Below, piece by piece: positions 9,097 to 18,104 of a stretch of DNA of 59,662 nucleotides (positions are counted from its first letter, which is position 1; every line of letters starts with the position of its first letter). Origin of the DNA: Vulcanimicrobiaceae bacterium (GTDB taxonomy: Bacteria > Vulcanimicrobiota > Vulcanimicrobiia > Vulcanimicrobiales > Vulcanimicrobiaceae); assembly GCA_035652755.1 (NCBI GenBank), contig DASRDE010000243.1, positions 1 through 59,662 of the forward strand, given 5' to 3'. The notes beneath the pieces were generated by a model. The model was given only the letters and a program-made list of their open reading frames with translations. It did no database searches and was not told the DNA's origin. A program made the translations under genes and the position numbers.

Positions 9097-10551
9097 TCAC
9101 TTCGCTCCGACGGGCGCCGGCGCAGGCTTGGGTTTTTGATTGACGATGTGGATGGCTTTGCCGTGCGCCGCTTCGGCGGCGTCCATGATGCCTTCGGTCA
9201 GCGTCGGATGCGGATGAATGGACAGGCCGATGTCTTCGAGCGTTGCACCCATCTCCAGCGCGATGACGCCCTCGCCGATGAGCGATTCGGCTTGCGGAGC
9301 GACGATGTGCATACCCAGCAGCAAGTCGCTCTTGGCGTCGCCGACGAGCTTGATGAGGCCGTCGCTTTCGTTCATCGTGCGCGCGCGTCCGCTGGCTGCC
9401 AGCGGGAACTTGCCGACGCGAACCTCGTAGCCCGCGGCTTTGGCCTCTTCTTCGGAAAGGCCGACCGTCGCGACTTCCGGATCCGTGTAAACGCAGTTCG
9501 GAACCGCGACGGGATCGAAGGCGGCGGATTTATCACCGGCGATCGCCTCGGCAGCGACGACGCCTTCTTTCATGCCCTTATGCGCGAGCATCGGCGCGCC
9601 GGTGACGTCGCCGATCGCGTAGACGTTGCGGACTTTCGTGCGGCGCTGCGCGTCGACGTCGATGAAGCCTTTTTCGTTGGTTGCCAGTCCGGCTGCCTGA
9701 AGGTTGAGCGCATCGGTGACGGGGCGGCGGCCGACGGCCACGAGCACGCAGTCGAACTCGCGTGTTTCGTCCTTGCCGCCGGTGCCGTCGCCGTTGAACG
9801 TGGCTTTAACGGTCTTGCCCTCGCGCTTGATCCCGTTGACTTTCGTCGACAGCATGATCTCGACGCCTTGCTTTTTCAATATGCGGCCCAGGGTCTTGGA
9901 GATCTCGAGATCCGTGCCGGTCAGGATTTGCGGGAGCGCTTCGATCACGAGCACCTTGGCGCCCATGCGCGTGTACACCGTCGCAAACTCCAGGCCGATG
10001 ACGCCGCCGCCGATGACCAGCAGCGTTTTCGGTACGCGCTTGAGCTGCACCGCATCGTCGGAATTAATGACGTATTCGCCGTCGTGCGGCCAGGCTTTGA
10101 CGTCGATGGGTGCCGAGCCGGTGGCGATGACGACGTCTTGGGCGCGAATCGTATCCTCGCCGCCTTCCTTGGTTTTGACCGCGATCTCGTTGGCGCTCTT
10201 GAACGATGCCTCGCCGTACAGAAACTGCACGTTGTTGGCTTTAAAGAGCGTCTTGACGCCGCCCACGTTCGCGTTGACCACGTCGGTCTTGAACTTGGCA
10301 ACGCCCTCGCGGTCGACGCCGGCCTTTTCGACTTTGAGCCCGATCGCGCCGGCGTGATCGATGTGGCGGATCACTTCACCGACGTGAAGCAGCGCTTTGG
10401 TCGGGATGCAGCCCCAGTTCAAGCAGACCCCTCCGACCTCGTCCCGGTCGACGCAGATCACTTTCTTGCCGAGCTGGCCCAGCCGGATTGCGGCGTGATA
10501 GCCCCCGGGGCCGGCTCCGATGACGACGGCGTCGACGACGTGTTCAGCCAA
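9097..10551 (-). CDS. lpd: Dihydrolipoyl dehydrogenase
   Basis: FAD motif VIGAGPGGY, redox disulfide CLNWGCIPTK, C-terminal HPHPTLTE interface motif. Start reassigned to TTG 10551, which is preceded by GAGGAG. Confidence 0.93.
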   Translation of the reverse strand: MAEHVVDAVVIGAGPGGYHAAIRLGQLGKKVICVDRDEVGGVCLNWGCIPTKALLHVGEVIRHIDHAGAIGLKVEKAGVDREGVAKFKTDVVNANVGGVKTLFKANNVQFLYGEASFKSANEIAVKTKEGGEDTIRAQDVVIATGSAPIDVKAWPHDGEYVINSDDAVQLKRVPKTLLVIGGGVIGLEFATVYTRMGAKVLVIEALPQILTGTDLEISKTLGRILKKQGVEIMLSTKVNGIKREGKTVKATFNGDGTGGKDETREFDCVLVAVGRRPVTDALNLQAAGLATNEKGFIDVDAQRRTKVRNVYAIGDVTGAPMLAHKGMKEGVVAAEAIAGDKSAAFDPVAVPNCVYTDPEVATVGLSEEEAKAAGYEVRVGKFPLAASGRARTMNESDGLIKLVGDAKSDLLLGMHIVAPQAESLIGEGVIALEMGATLEDIGLSIHPHPTLTEGIMDAAEAAHGKAIHIVNQKPKPAPAPVGAK

Positions 10552-10577
10552 GGTTCTACTCCTCTGAGTTCGGGCGC

Positions 10578-10711
10578 GTAGGGGAGCGGAGTTCGTTCGA
10601 CGGCTGCGCTCAAGGTAACTCTGGCAAGGCGCGGGCGCCGCCACAAGCACCAAAGTAGGGGAGCGGCCATCCAATGCGGCAAATGGATGGGAAATGGCTA
10701 AGATTGGATGG
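10578..10711. promoter_or_regulatory. Repeat motifs in the lpd/MocR divergent control region (candidate operator sites)
   Basis: Exact 12-mer GTAGGGGAGCGG at 10578-10589 and 10655-10666. Heptamer TGGATGG at 10684-10690 and 10705-10711, with its inverted copy CCATCCA at 10667-10673. These bracket the MocR ATG at 10694. Confidence 0.35.
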
Positions 10712-12148
10712 CTGCCGCCGCTCGATCGCAACAGCATCGTCCCGCTCTACCGGCAGATATACGAATCGCTCCGCGAATCGATTCTCGCCGGCACCCTGCC
10801 GGAGTCGACGAGGTTACCCCCCGAGCGCTCGCTCGCCCAGCAGCTGAACGTAAACCGGAGCACTGTCGTGCACGCCTACCGGGAACTGGTGGCCGACGGG
10901 CTGATCGAGCAGAAGGTCGGCTCGGGTTCGCGCGTCGTTCCGCAGCTGCGTTCGGGGCAGCCCGCGCGGTCCGCGGCCGTTCCGTGGTGGGTGACCCTGC
11001 CGCCGTGGCGCGTCGGCGAGTTTCCGACGATTCTGGGAGAGCTGGCGGCCAAGCAAGAGCCGGGACGTATCAGCTTCGTTCAAGGCGTCGCGCCCGACGA
11101 GCCGTCCCCGCTCGACGAACTGGCCAAGTGCTTTTCGCGCGTCGCGGGCGATCCGCGCTTCATTCTGTCGTACGGGGATTCGGAGGGATACGAACCGCTG
11201 CGCCAAGCGATTGCGCAGCGCATGGACGTGCGCGGCGCCCAAACGCGATCCAAGGACGTGATCGTGATCACCGGTTCGACCCAGGGGATCATGGTCGTGG
11301 CGCAGTCGCTGGCCGAGCCGGGCGACGAGATCATCGTCGAAACCCCGAGCTATCCCGGCGCGCTGCAGATCTTTCAAATCTGCGGTTTGCGTGCGATTCC
11401 CGTTCCGGTCGACGAGGACGGAATGCGCGTCGATCACGTCGAGGCGATTCTGCGCACGCGCAGGCCGCGCTTCATCTACACGATGCCCTCGCTGCACAAC
11501 CCGACCAACGTAACGATGAACGCGGATCGCCGCGAACGGCTGGTCACGCTCGCGCGCCGCGCCGGCATTCCGATCATCGAAGACGATCCGTACGGCGAAC
11601 TTTCGCAGAGCGGACTCTCGCCGCTCGTCGGTTTGGCTCCCGACTACGTGGTCTACCTGAGCACGTTCAGCAAGACGATCGCGCCGTCGCTTCGCGTGGG
11701 ATGGCTTGCGGCACCGCGAACGATTCTCGAGCGCCTGCTGCTGCGCAAACAAGCACTCGACATGGCGACCAGCTTGTACGTCCAGGCGGCGATCGCCGAA
11801 TACCTGGCGACGGCATACGACGCGCACGTCGCGCAACTGCGCGAAGAGCTGCAGTTGCGGCGCGAAATGGCCGACGCGGCAATTGCCGAATACTGGCCCG
11901 CGACGATGCGCACGAGCAAAGCGGCCGGAGGATTTTACCTGTGGGTGACGACGCCCAGAGAGATACGCGCGCGCCCGCTGCTCGATCAGTCCGAACGGCT
12001 GGGCGCCTCGTTCTTGTTCGGCGAGCCGTTCTTTGCAAGTTCGGGCGGCGATCACAACTTCCGTCTCGCGCTCACGCCCGTCACCCGCGCACAGATCCCC
12101 GAAGGCATTCGCCGGATCGGCAGCGCGATCTCCGCGCTCAAGCCGTGA
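10694..12148 (+). CDS. MocR/PdxR-type regulator (GntR wHTH fused to an aminotransferase-like domain)
   Basis: 484 aa. N-terminal LPPERSLAQQLNVNRSTVVHAYRELVADGLI wHTH, and a class-I aminotransferase fold with the PLP-Lys context STFSKTIAPSLRVG. Confidence 0.9.
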   Translation: MAKIGWLPPLDRNSIVPLYRQIYESLRESILAGTLPESTRLPPERSLAQQLNVNRSTVVHAYRELVADGLIEQKVGSGSRVVPQLRSGQPARSAAVPWWVTLPPWRVGEFPTILGELAAKQEPGRISFVQGVAPDEPSPLDELAKCFSRVAGDPRFILSYGDSEGYEPLRQAIAQRMDVRGAQTRSKDVIVITGSTQGIMVVAQSLAEPGDEIIVETPSYPGALQIFQICGLRAIPVPVDEDGMRVDHVEAILRTRRPRFIYTMPSLHNPTNVTMNADRRERLVTLARRAGIPIIEDDPYGELSQSGLSPLVGLAPDYVVYLSTFSKTIAPSLRVGWLAAPRTILERLLLRKQALDMATSLYVQAAIAEYLATAYDAHVAQLREELQLRREMADAAIAEYWPATMRTSKAAGGFYLWVTTPREIRARPLLDQSERLGASFLFGEPFFASSGGDHNFRLALTPVTRAQIPEGIRRIGSAISALKP

Positions 12149-12987
12149 AGCGGCCGCGCGGCCAGAGCGTCGCGGATGCGGATCGCGACGTCCGGCAGTA
12201 TTTGATTCGCATCGCCGGCATGCTGGGCGATCTCCTCGGCGAACGGTTGACCGCGTTATACGTCTACGGATCGCTTGCGGCGGGTTCGTTCCGGCGCGAG
12301 CGCAGTGACGTCAACCTGCTTGCGGTCGTAAGCCGCCCGCTCGACGCGGTCGAACGCGAAAGCGTCGCCAGGCTGTTGCTGCGCCTTTCGGACGAGCGGC
12401 CGATGCGCGGCGGCATCGACGTCGACGTCGTCGCGCAAGCGCACGCCGCGGCGTTTCGCCATCCGTTTCCGTTCGAAGTCCACTACGACGAACGCATGCA
12501 CGAACCCATCAGGCGAAGGCGCGTCGCATACGCTGCCGATCGCTCGAGCCTCGAGTTGGCAGCACGGATTGCGGCGGCGCGCGAACGCGGCGTGACGTTG
12601 GTGGGGCCGCCGGTGACCTCGGTCTTTGCTCCCGTGCCGTGGTATGCGTACATTGCCGGTTTGGAATCGGAGCTGCGTTCCGGAAGGGCTATCGTGGAAA
12701 AGTCGCCGGCGGAGGCAGTGCTGCAAGCCTGCCGCGTACTGATGGGTGCAACCAGTCCGCGCATGAACGCGCCGGGTAAAGACGAGGCTGCAGCTTGGGC
12801 GATGGAAAACGTTCCGCGCATCTACCGATCGACGATCAACGACGCGCTGGCGCTGTATCTGGGCAACAAAGACGCGGACGACGTCGTCTTCACGCCGCGC
12901 GAGGTGATCGCGTTTCGAGAATACGTGCGCGGGCAGTGCCGTCCGGCATTCGAGCGCGCCGCTCAGAACGGCGACGGCGACGAGTGA
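12145..12987 (+). CDS. ANT(3'')/AadA-like nucleotidyltransferase (NTase + DUF4111-type C-terminal domain) with an atypical D-x-N motif
   Basis: The GTG start forms a GTGA overlap with the MocR stop. YGSLAAGSFRRERSDVNLL matches the NTase G-S-x11-D-x-[DE] motif but has Asn at the last position. The C-terminal AAWAMENVPRIY...ALALYLG resembles the AadA ADWAMERLP...ARQAYLG region. Confidence 0.75.
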   Translation: MKRPRGQSVADADRDVRQYLIRIAGMLGDLLGERLTALYVYGSLAAGSFRRERSDVNLLAVVSRPLDAVERESVARLLLRLSDERPMRGGIDVDVVAQAHAAAFRHPFPFEVHYDERMHEPIRRRRVAYAADRSSLELAARIAAARERGVTLVGPPVTSVFAPVPWYAYIAGLESELRSGRAIVEKSPAEAVLQACRVLMGATSPRMNAPGKDEAAAWAMENVPRIYRSTINDALALYLGNKDADDVVFTPREVIAFREYVRGQCRPAFERAAQNGDGDE

Positions 12988-13892
12988 AGCGCGCGCGCAT
13001 CAACCGGCTGCTGCTCGAATGGTACGCCGGGCACGGGCGAACCCATCTGCCCTGGAGACGGACGCGCGACCCGTACCTCGTCTTGGTAAGCGAGTTCATG
13101 CTCCAGCAGACGCAAGTCGAGCGCGTGCTGCCCAAGTACGAGGCCTTCGTCGCCCGCTTTCCGGATCTGGGCTCGCTCGCGTCAGCGAGTACCGCCGACG
13201 TCGTGCGCGCTTGGAAGGGCTTGGGATACAACTCGCGCGCGGTTCGACTTAAGCAGATCGCGGGCGCGGTGGTCGAGCGCTTCGGCGGCCGCATTCCGCG
13301 CGACGAGCCGGCGCTGCAAGAGCTTCCCGGAATCGGCACGTATACCGCGCGCGCCATTATGGCTTTTGCCTTCGAGCTCCGCGCGGCCGCCGTCGACACG
13401 AATTTGCGGCGCGTCCTTCATCGCGTGCTCTACGGCGTAGAGCATCCGCCGCGCGCTTCCGACGCCGAATTGGAGGCGCTCGCATCCGATTTCGTACCGT
13501 CCGCGCAATCGCACGACTGGAACTCCGCGCTTATGGATCTCGGTGCTGCGATCTGCACGGCGCGCGCGCCGAAGTGCCTCATCTGTCCGCTCTCCCAAGT
13601 CTGCGCGGCGTACCCGATCGACGGCGCGGCGCTCGAGCGCGCGCGATCCTCAAACGGCCGGGGGCGTCCGCGTCAGCCGCCCTTCGAGCAGACGACCAGA
13701 TTCGCGCGCGGGCGCATCGTCGATCGTTTGCGCGAACTTGCGCCGGGGGCGCGCATCTCGCTGCTCGACCTGCACCGCGACCTCGGGCCGTCGACGGGCC
13801 GCGGCGCCGACGAGATAAGACGGATCGCGGGCGAGCTGCAACGAGACGGCGTCGTTGAAATTCACGGCGACATGGTGGCGCTCGGGGAATGA
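12984..13892 (+). CDS. mutY: A/G-specific adenine glycosylase-like HhH-GPD protein (short MutY type)
   Basis: GTGA overlap start. LVSEFMLQQTQV (catalytic Glu), LPGIGTYTA hairpin, VDTNLRRV (Asp), 4Fe-4S loop C-x6-C-x2-C-x5-C (CTARAPKCLICPLSQVC). The ~90-aa C-terminal region looks wHTH-like. Confidence 0.8.
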   Translation: MKRARINRLLLEWYAGHGRTHLPWRRTRDPYLVLVSEFMLQQTQVERVLPKYEAFVARFPDLGSLASASTADVVRAWKGLGYNSRAVRLKQIAGAVVERFGGRIPRDEPALQELPGIGTYTARAIMAFAFELRAAAVDTNLRRVLHRVLYGVEHPPRASDAELEALASDFVPSAQSHDWNSALMDLGAAICTARAPKCLICPLSQVCAAYPIDGAALERARSSNGRGRPRQPPFEQTTRFARGRIVDRLRELAPGARISLLDLHRDLGPSTGRGADEIRRIAGELQRDGVVEIHGDMVALGE

Positions 13893-14635
13893 AGATTCCA
13901 TTTCCGGCCCGCCGCGTACCGCGCAAGACCGCCCAAGCGGAACTGGCGATTCTCGAGCGGGCGTATCCGCACGCGCAGACCGCGCTTCACTATTCGAACC
14001 CGTTCGAGCTCATCGTAGCCGTCATTTTGTCCGCGCAATGTACCGACGCGCGCGTGAATATGACGACGCCCGCGCTCTTCGAGCGCTATCCCACCGCGCG
14101 CGATCTGGCCGGCGCGCGTCAGGAGGACGTCGAGCGAATCGTTAAGTCTTGCGGCTTCTACCGCATGAAGGCGCGAAACCTCATCGCCTGCGCGCGCGCG
14201 CTCGTCGAGCAGCACGGCGGAAAGGTTCCGCGCGAGCGCGATCAGTTGGAAGCGCTCGCGGGCGTGGGACGGAAAACGGCCAGCGTCGTGATGGCCGTAG
14301 CATTCGAGGAAGCCGCGATTGCGGTCGACACGCACGTCTTTCGGGTTTCCCACCGGCTCGGGCTTACGCTTGGAAAGACGCCGCGCGACGTCGAGGACGA
14401 TCTCGAACAGCTCGTTCCGCGCGAAAATTGGCGGCACGCGCACCACTGGCTCATCGAGCACGGCCGCGCAATCTGCAAAGCGCCGATACCGCTTTGCGGA
14501 CGGTGCCCGGTGAACGCACTCTGTCCGAGTGTGAAGATCGTCGCTAAAACGTTAGGGGTCCGGGGCCTTCCAGGTGCGCCGGACGCGGCAGCTCGGCGTC
14601 CTGCGCGATCAGCTTCAGCAAAGAAGAAGGCGTAA
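13889..14635 (+). CDS. nth: Endonuclease III
   Basis: ATGA overlap start. LAGVGRKTA (catalytic Lys), VDTHVFRV (Asp), Fe-S loop CKAPIPLCGRCPVNALC. A basic ~35-aa tail follows the last Cys. Confidence 0.92.
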   Translation: MKIPFPARRVPRKTAQAELAILERAYPHAQTALHYSNPFELIVAVILSAQCTDARVNMTTPALFERYPTARDLAGARQEDVERIVKSCGFYRMKARNLIACARALVEQHGGKVPRERDQLEALAGVGRKTASVVMAVAFEEAAIAVDTHVFRVSHRLGLTLGKTPRDVEDDLEQLVPRENWRHAHHWLIEHGRAICKAPIPLCGRCPVNALCPSVKIVAKTLGVRGLPGAPDAAARRPARSASAKKKA

Positions 14636-15059
14636 GTGCCTGGCCGTACCCGGCTTCGGTCGAAATTTTCGACAGATTGACGAGTGACGGCACCGCAGCG
14701 GACGGTTCGAACTGCCACTCGCCGTCCAAGCCGATGCCTGCAACGCGAACGAGCTGATGGACCTCGTCGAGGTCTAACGCCACGCGCCGGTCGTCCATGC
14801 GAAGGGCCAACCGCGGCGGCTTTTCGACGCGCACGAATTTCACGCCCCGGCGCGCGCCGAGGATCGCGTTCAAACGTTTCGTTCCGGACGCCAGCAGGTC
14901 GCCGAACGCGGTGAATGCTCCCGATGCGTCGTCGTACTGCCACTGCGGCGCAGCCCCGGCGTCTGCCGCGCGATCGATCTCCCGCCGCGCGCGAATACGC
15001 TCGGCCGCGGCGACGATCGGGTTTTGTGCGCTAAATTTTTCGTCGAAGGGATCGGGCAT
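14544..15059 (-). CDS. Hypothetical protein
   Basis: 171-aa ORF with coding-like codon bias. Its ATG lies 26 nt from the divergent peptidase gene. No motif recognised. Its 3' end overlaps the nth tail. Confidence 0.5.
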   Translation of the reverse strand: MPDPFDEKFSAQNPIVAAAERIRARREIDRAADAGAAPQWQYDDASGAFTAFGDLLASGTKRLNAILGARRGVKFVRVEKPPRLALRMDDRRVALDLDEVHQLVRVAGIGLDGEWQFEPSAAVPSLVNLSKISTEAGYGQALTPSSLLKLIAQDAELPRPAHLEGPGPLTF

Positions 15060-15085
15060 GCAGCAAGTATTCGCGAGCGCGTTCG

Positions 15086-17248
15086 GTGAACTCCGCCCGC
15101 ATGGGCAAATCCGTGCTCGCTGCGGTAGCGGCGGCAGTGCTCGCGCTGCAGGCGCTTGCCGCTCGAGGCGCTTCGGATCTCACCCCGGACGCGGTCTTCA
15201 CGCTCGCTCCGCCGTGGGGTTCGCAGCCGGATCGGGTCACGTGGTCGCCCGACGGCCGCTCCTTTCTCTACGTGCTGCCCACGCAAGACGCCGCCTCAGT
15301 ATTGCCCGTGCGCCAGTACGACACGGTCACCGGAAACGATCGCATCCTGATCGACCCGCAGCGGTACGGAAAGCAGGCTAAGACTCCGGATCAGCTCGTT
15401 TGGTCGCCCGACGGCAAATCCGTCGCGTTCGAACAGGACGGAACGCTGTACGTGCGCGACCTGCAAACCAATATCGACCGCGCGATCGACAAAGACGTCA
15501 AGGACGCGCAGTGGTCGCCGCACTCGGATGCTCTGGCGTACGTGAAGAACGCCGATCTGTACGTCGCGCGTTTGGACCAAAAGCTGGCGATACGGCGTCT
15601 GACCGCGGGAGGTTCCGATCAGAGCATCCTCAACGGAGCGCTCGACTGGGTTTATCCCGAAGAACTCGGCACGGAGCACGGCTTTGTCTGGGCGCCCGAT
15701 GCGCGCGCGATCGCATATCTGCAGATGGACGAGCGGCCGGTAACGCAATTTCCGATCGCGGACTTTCTCAAGACCGACAACACCGTCGAGTGGCAGCGCT
15801 ATCCGCTGGCCGGCGAGCGGAACCCCAAGGCGGTGCTGCACGTGATCGATCTGGCGAGCGGGCGCGACCGGACGGTCTACGACGCGGGTTCGCGGGACGA
15901 ATATCTGCCGTTTTTCGACTGGAAACCAAAGAGCGACTGGCTCGTCGCCGAAACGCTCGACCGCGCGCAGCAGCACCTTCGAGTATTTACGATCGCGCCG
16001 GCCGGCGCGCAGCAGACGCTCTACGTTCAAAACGACGCCAAGTGGGTCGGCGCGGTCGAAGGGAACGGCGACGTTCGGCTCCCGCAATGGCTGCCCGATG
16101 GATCGACGCTGTGGGTGTTGGACCGCGAAGGAAGGAGCGGGCTCTACCGCAGATCGCCGGCGGGATCCCTTTCGCGCCTGACCGGAGCGTATCGCGTTTT
16201 CGACCTGCTCGCGGTCGACGCCGCGGGCGAGTGGGCATACGTGACGGCCGCATATCCTACCAGACGCGATCGTGCGCTGCTTCGCGTACCGGCGAGCGGA
16301 GGCGCTGCGGTGAACCTGACGCCCGCGCCGGGGGCGCATCGAGTCTGGCTGGCCCAGTCCGCCACGTTTTTCGTCGATCAGCGTTCGGCATTGAACGAAC
16401 CGCCGGCTACCGAGCTCGTCGATGCGCGCACCGGGCAGACGAAGGCGACGCTCGCGCCGCAGAACGCGCAACTGCGCTCGCAGCTTCTGCCCACGCAGAT
16501 GCTCAGCGTACCCTCGCCGTACGGTCCGCTCGATGCGACCATGCTCCTGCCGCGCAATTTTGACGCGCACGCGAAGTATCCGGCGATCGTGTACGTCTAC
16601 GGCGGCCCCGCCGCGCCGACGACCGCGAACGCCTTCGGAGAACAGCGCGGCCTCTATCATCAACTGCTCGCACAGCGGGGATTCATCGTCTTCAGCATCG
16701 ACGGGCCGGCCTCGCAAATCGACAGCGACGCGCACGTGCAGCTCCTCTATCACAACTTCGGTCCGGGGTCGCTGGCGGGCCAGCGGATCGGCGCCGAGTA
16801 TCTGAGATCGCTTCCGTACGTCGATCCGTCGCGGATCGGCATTTGGGGCTGGAGCTTCGGAGGATACGAAACGGCCTACGCGCTTACGCACAGCGACCTG
16901 TTCAAAGCCGGCGCTGCGGTTGCGCCGGTTACGGATTGGCACTATTACGACACGATCTATACGGAGCGCTACATGGGCACGCCGCAAGCGCAGCCTTCGG
17001 CGTACGACGCCAGCTCGAACGTCAAGTCCGCCGGGAGCCTTCATGGCGACGTGCTCGTCAGCCACGGGACCTCCGACGACAACGTGCACATGGCAAACAC
17101 GATCGCGCTGCTGCAGGCGTTCATCGAAAGCGGCAAGACCAACGTCGATCTCTTCCTGTACCCGCGGCGCACGCATTCGATCTCGGGGCTGGCGCAGCGC
17201 CGCCAGCTGTACGAACACATGCTGGAGTGGTGGACGCGGCATCTATGA
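15086..17248 (+). CDS. Dipeptidyl-peptidase IV-like S9 serine peptidase (beta-propeller + alpha/beta hydrolase)
   Basis: 720 aa. Signal peptide (an alternative ATG at 15101 gives MGKSVLAAVAAAVLALQALAA), a DPP IV-type N-terminal region, and the nucleophile elbow GWSFGG. Confidence 0.9.
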   Translation: MNSARMGKSVLAAVAAAVLALQALAARGASDLTPDAVFTLAPPWGSQPDRVTWSPDGRSFLYVLPTQDAASVLPVRQYDTVTGNDRILIDPQRYGKQAKTPDQLVWSPDGKSVAFEQDGTLYVRDLQTNIDRAIDKDVKDAQWSPHSDALAYVKNADLYVARLDQKLAIRRLTAGGSDQSILNGALDWVYPEELGTEHGFVWAPDARAIAYLQMDERPVTQFPIADFLKTDNTVEWQRYPLAGERNPKAVLHVIDLASGRDRTVYDAGSRDEYLPFFDWKPKSDWLVAETLDRAQQHLRVFTIAPAGAQQTLYVQNDAKWVGAVEGNGDVRLPQWLPDGSTLWVLDREGRSGLYRRSPAGSLSRLTGAYRVFDLLAVDAAGEWAYVTAAYPTRRDRALLRVPASGGAAVNLTPAPGAHRVWLAQSATFFVDQRSALNEPPATELVDARTGQTKATLAPQNAQLRSQLLPTQMLSVPSPYGPLDATMLLPRNFDAHAKYPAIVYVYGGPAAPTTANAFGEQRGLYHQLLAQRGFIVFSIDGPASQIDSDAHVQLLYHNFGPGSLAGQRIGAEYLRSLPYVDPSRIGIWGWSFGGYETAYALTHSDLFKAGAAVAPVTDWHYYDTIYTERYMGTPQAQPSAYDASSNVKSAGSLHGDVLVSHGTSDDNVHMANTIALLQAFIESGKTNVDLFLYPRRTHSISGLAQRRQLYEHMLEWWTRHL

Positions 17249-18054
17249 GCGAACAGACCAACGTCCCGTCGCACGCGGTCATCGTGGATACGCCGGACTG
17301 GCGTCAAGTGCGCCCCAGGATACCGGACACGCCGCAAAGGCGCGAACTCGAGCGGCAGCGCAGCGTGCGCGAACTGGTCTTTGGCATACAGGACGGAATC
17401 TTGACCACGCTGGGAATTGCGACCGGCGTCGGCATCGCCGAAGGCAAAAACTGGTTCGTCGTCATCAGCGGCTTGCTCGCGCTGCTGTCGGGCGCGCTGT
17501 CCATGGGCGTCGGCTCGTATTTGGGCGGCAAGGCGGAACGCGAAGTCGTTCGCGCCACGATCGAAATGGAAAAGGCCGAGATGGACGCCAACCCGCACGA
17601 CGAGTTCGCCGAGCAGGTTGCGTATTACAAGCTCAAGGGCTTTAGCGCCGACGAAGCGCACACGATCGTCACGCGCCTCGCGCAGAATCCAGAGATCTAC
17701 TTGTACGAAATGATGCGCGACGAGTTCGGCATCGATCCGCGAATAGCGGAAGAAGGCGGCATTCGCGAAGCTCTCTCGATGGCGATCTCCTTCGCGGTAG
17801 GCGCGGTATTGCCGCTTGTGCCCTATTTCTTCAGCTGGCCCGGACGCATCACTCTGGCCGTGAGCCTCGGATTTGCCGTTCTCGGCCTATTCGCCGTCGG
17901 TTACTATGCGGCGACGCTGAGCAACCGTTCGCCGTGGCGCAAAGGCGTGGAGATCGTGCTGTTCGGCATGGCGGTCTTCGGGATCTCGTGGCTGGCGGGA
18001 TTGTTCTTGCCCGCGCTTTTCGGCCATCCCGGCGTGACGACGCTCGGCGGATAA
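17245..18054 (+). CDS. VIT1/CCC1-family iron/manganese transporter
   Basis: ATGA overlap start. ELVFGIQDGILTTLG motif, a central cytoplasmic helical segment and C-terminal TM helices. Confidence 0.85.
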   Translation: MSEQTNVPSHAVIVDTPDWRQVRPRIPDTPQRRELERQRSVRELVFGIQDGILTTLGIATGVGIAEGKNWFVVISGLLALLSGALSMGVGSYLGGKAEREVVRATIEMEKAEMDANPHDEFAEQVAYYKLKGFSADEAHTIVTRLAQNPEIYLYEMMRDEFGIDPRIAEEGGIREALSMAISFAVGAVLPLVPYFFSWPGRITLAVSLGFAVLGLFAVGYYAATLSNRSPWRKGVEIVLFGMAVFGISWLAGLFLPALFGHPGVTTLGG

Positions 18055-18082
18055 AAAAAAGCGCGGCATAAAAGCCGCGCTT
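18053..18082. terminator. Rho-independent terminator between convergent genes
   Basis: aaaaaaaa-GCGCGGC-ataaaa-GCCGCGC-tt. On the minus strand the stem is followed by eight U residues, terminating the Lys-rich gene. It lies directly after the VIT1 stop on the plus strand. Confidence 0.7.
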
Positions 18083-18104
18083 GGAATCCGATTATAAAGA
18101 CAGG

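Noticed and set aside
12145-12987. Calling the ANT(3'')-like gene an aminoglycoside-resistance determinant.
   Set aside because: Only architecture-level similarity is seen. The catalytic motif is altered (D-x-N), there is no mobile-element context, and a resistance function cannot be inferred from sequence alone.
15296-17242. 648-aa minus-strand ORF antisense to the S9 peptidase. Similar long antisense ORFs occur at 652-2502, 8851-10581, 27033-28778, 32412-34232, 34615-36270, 45469-47139 and 46676-48226.
   Set aside because: Every one is nested in or opposite a gene with clear family motifs. They share an Arg/Ala/Gly/Asp-rich composition and lack SD or start context.
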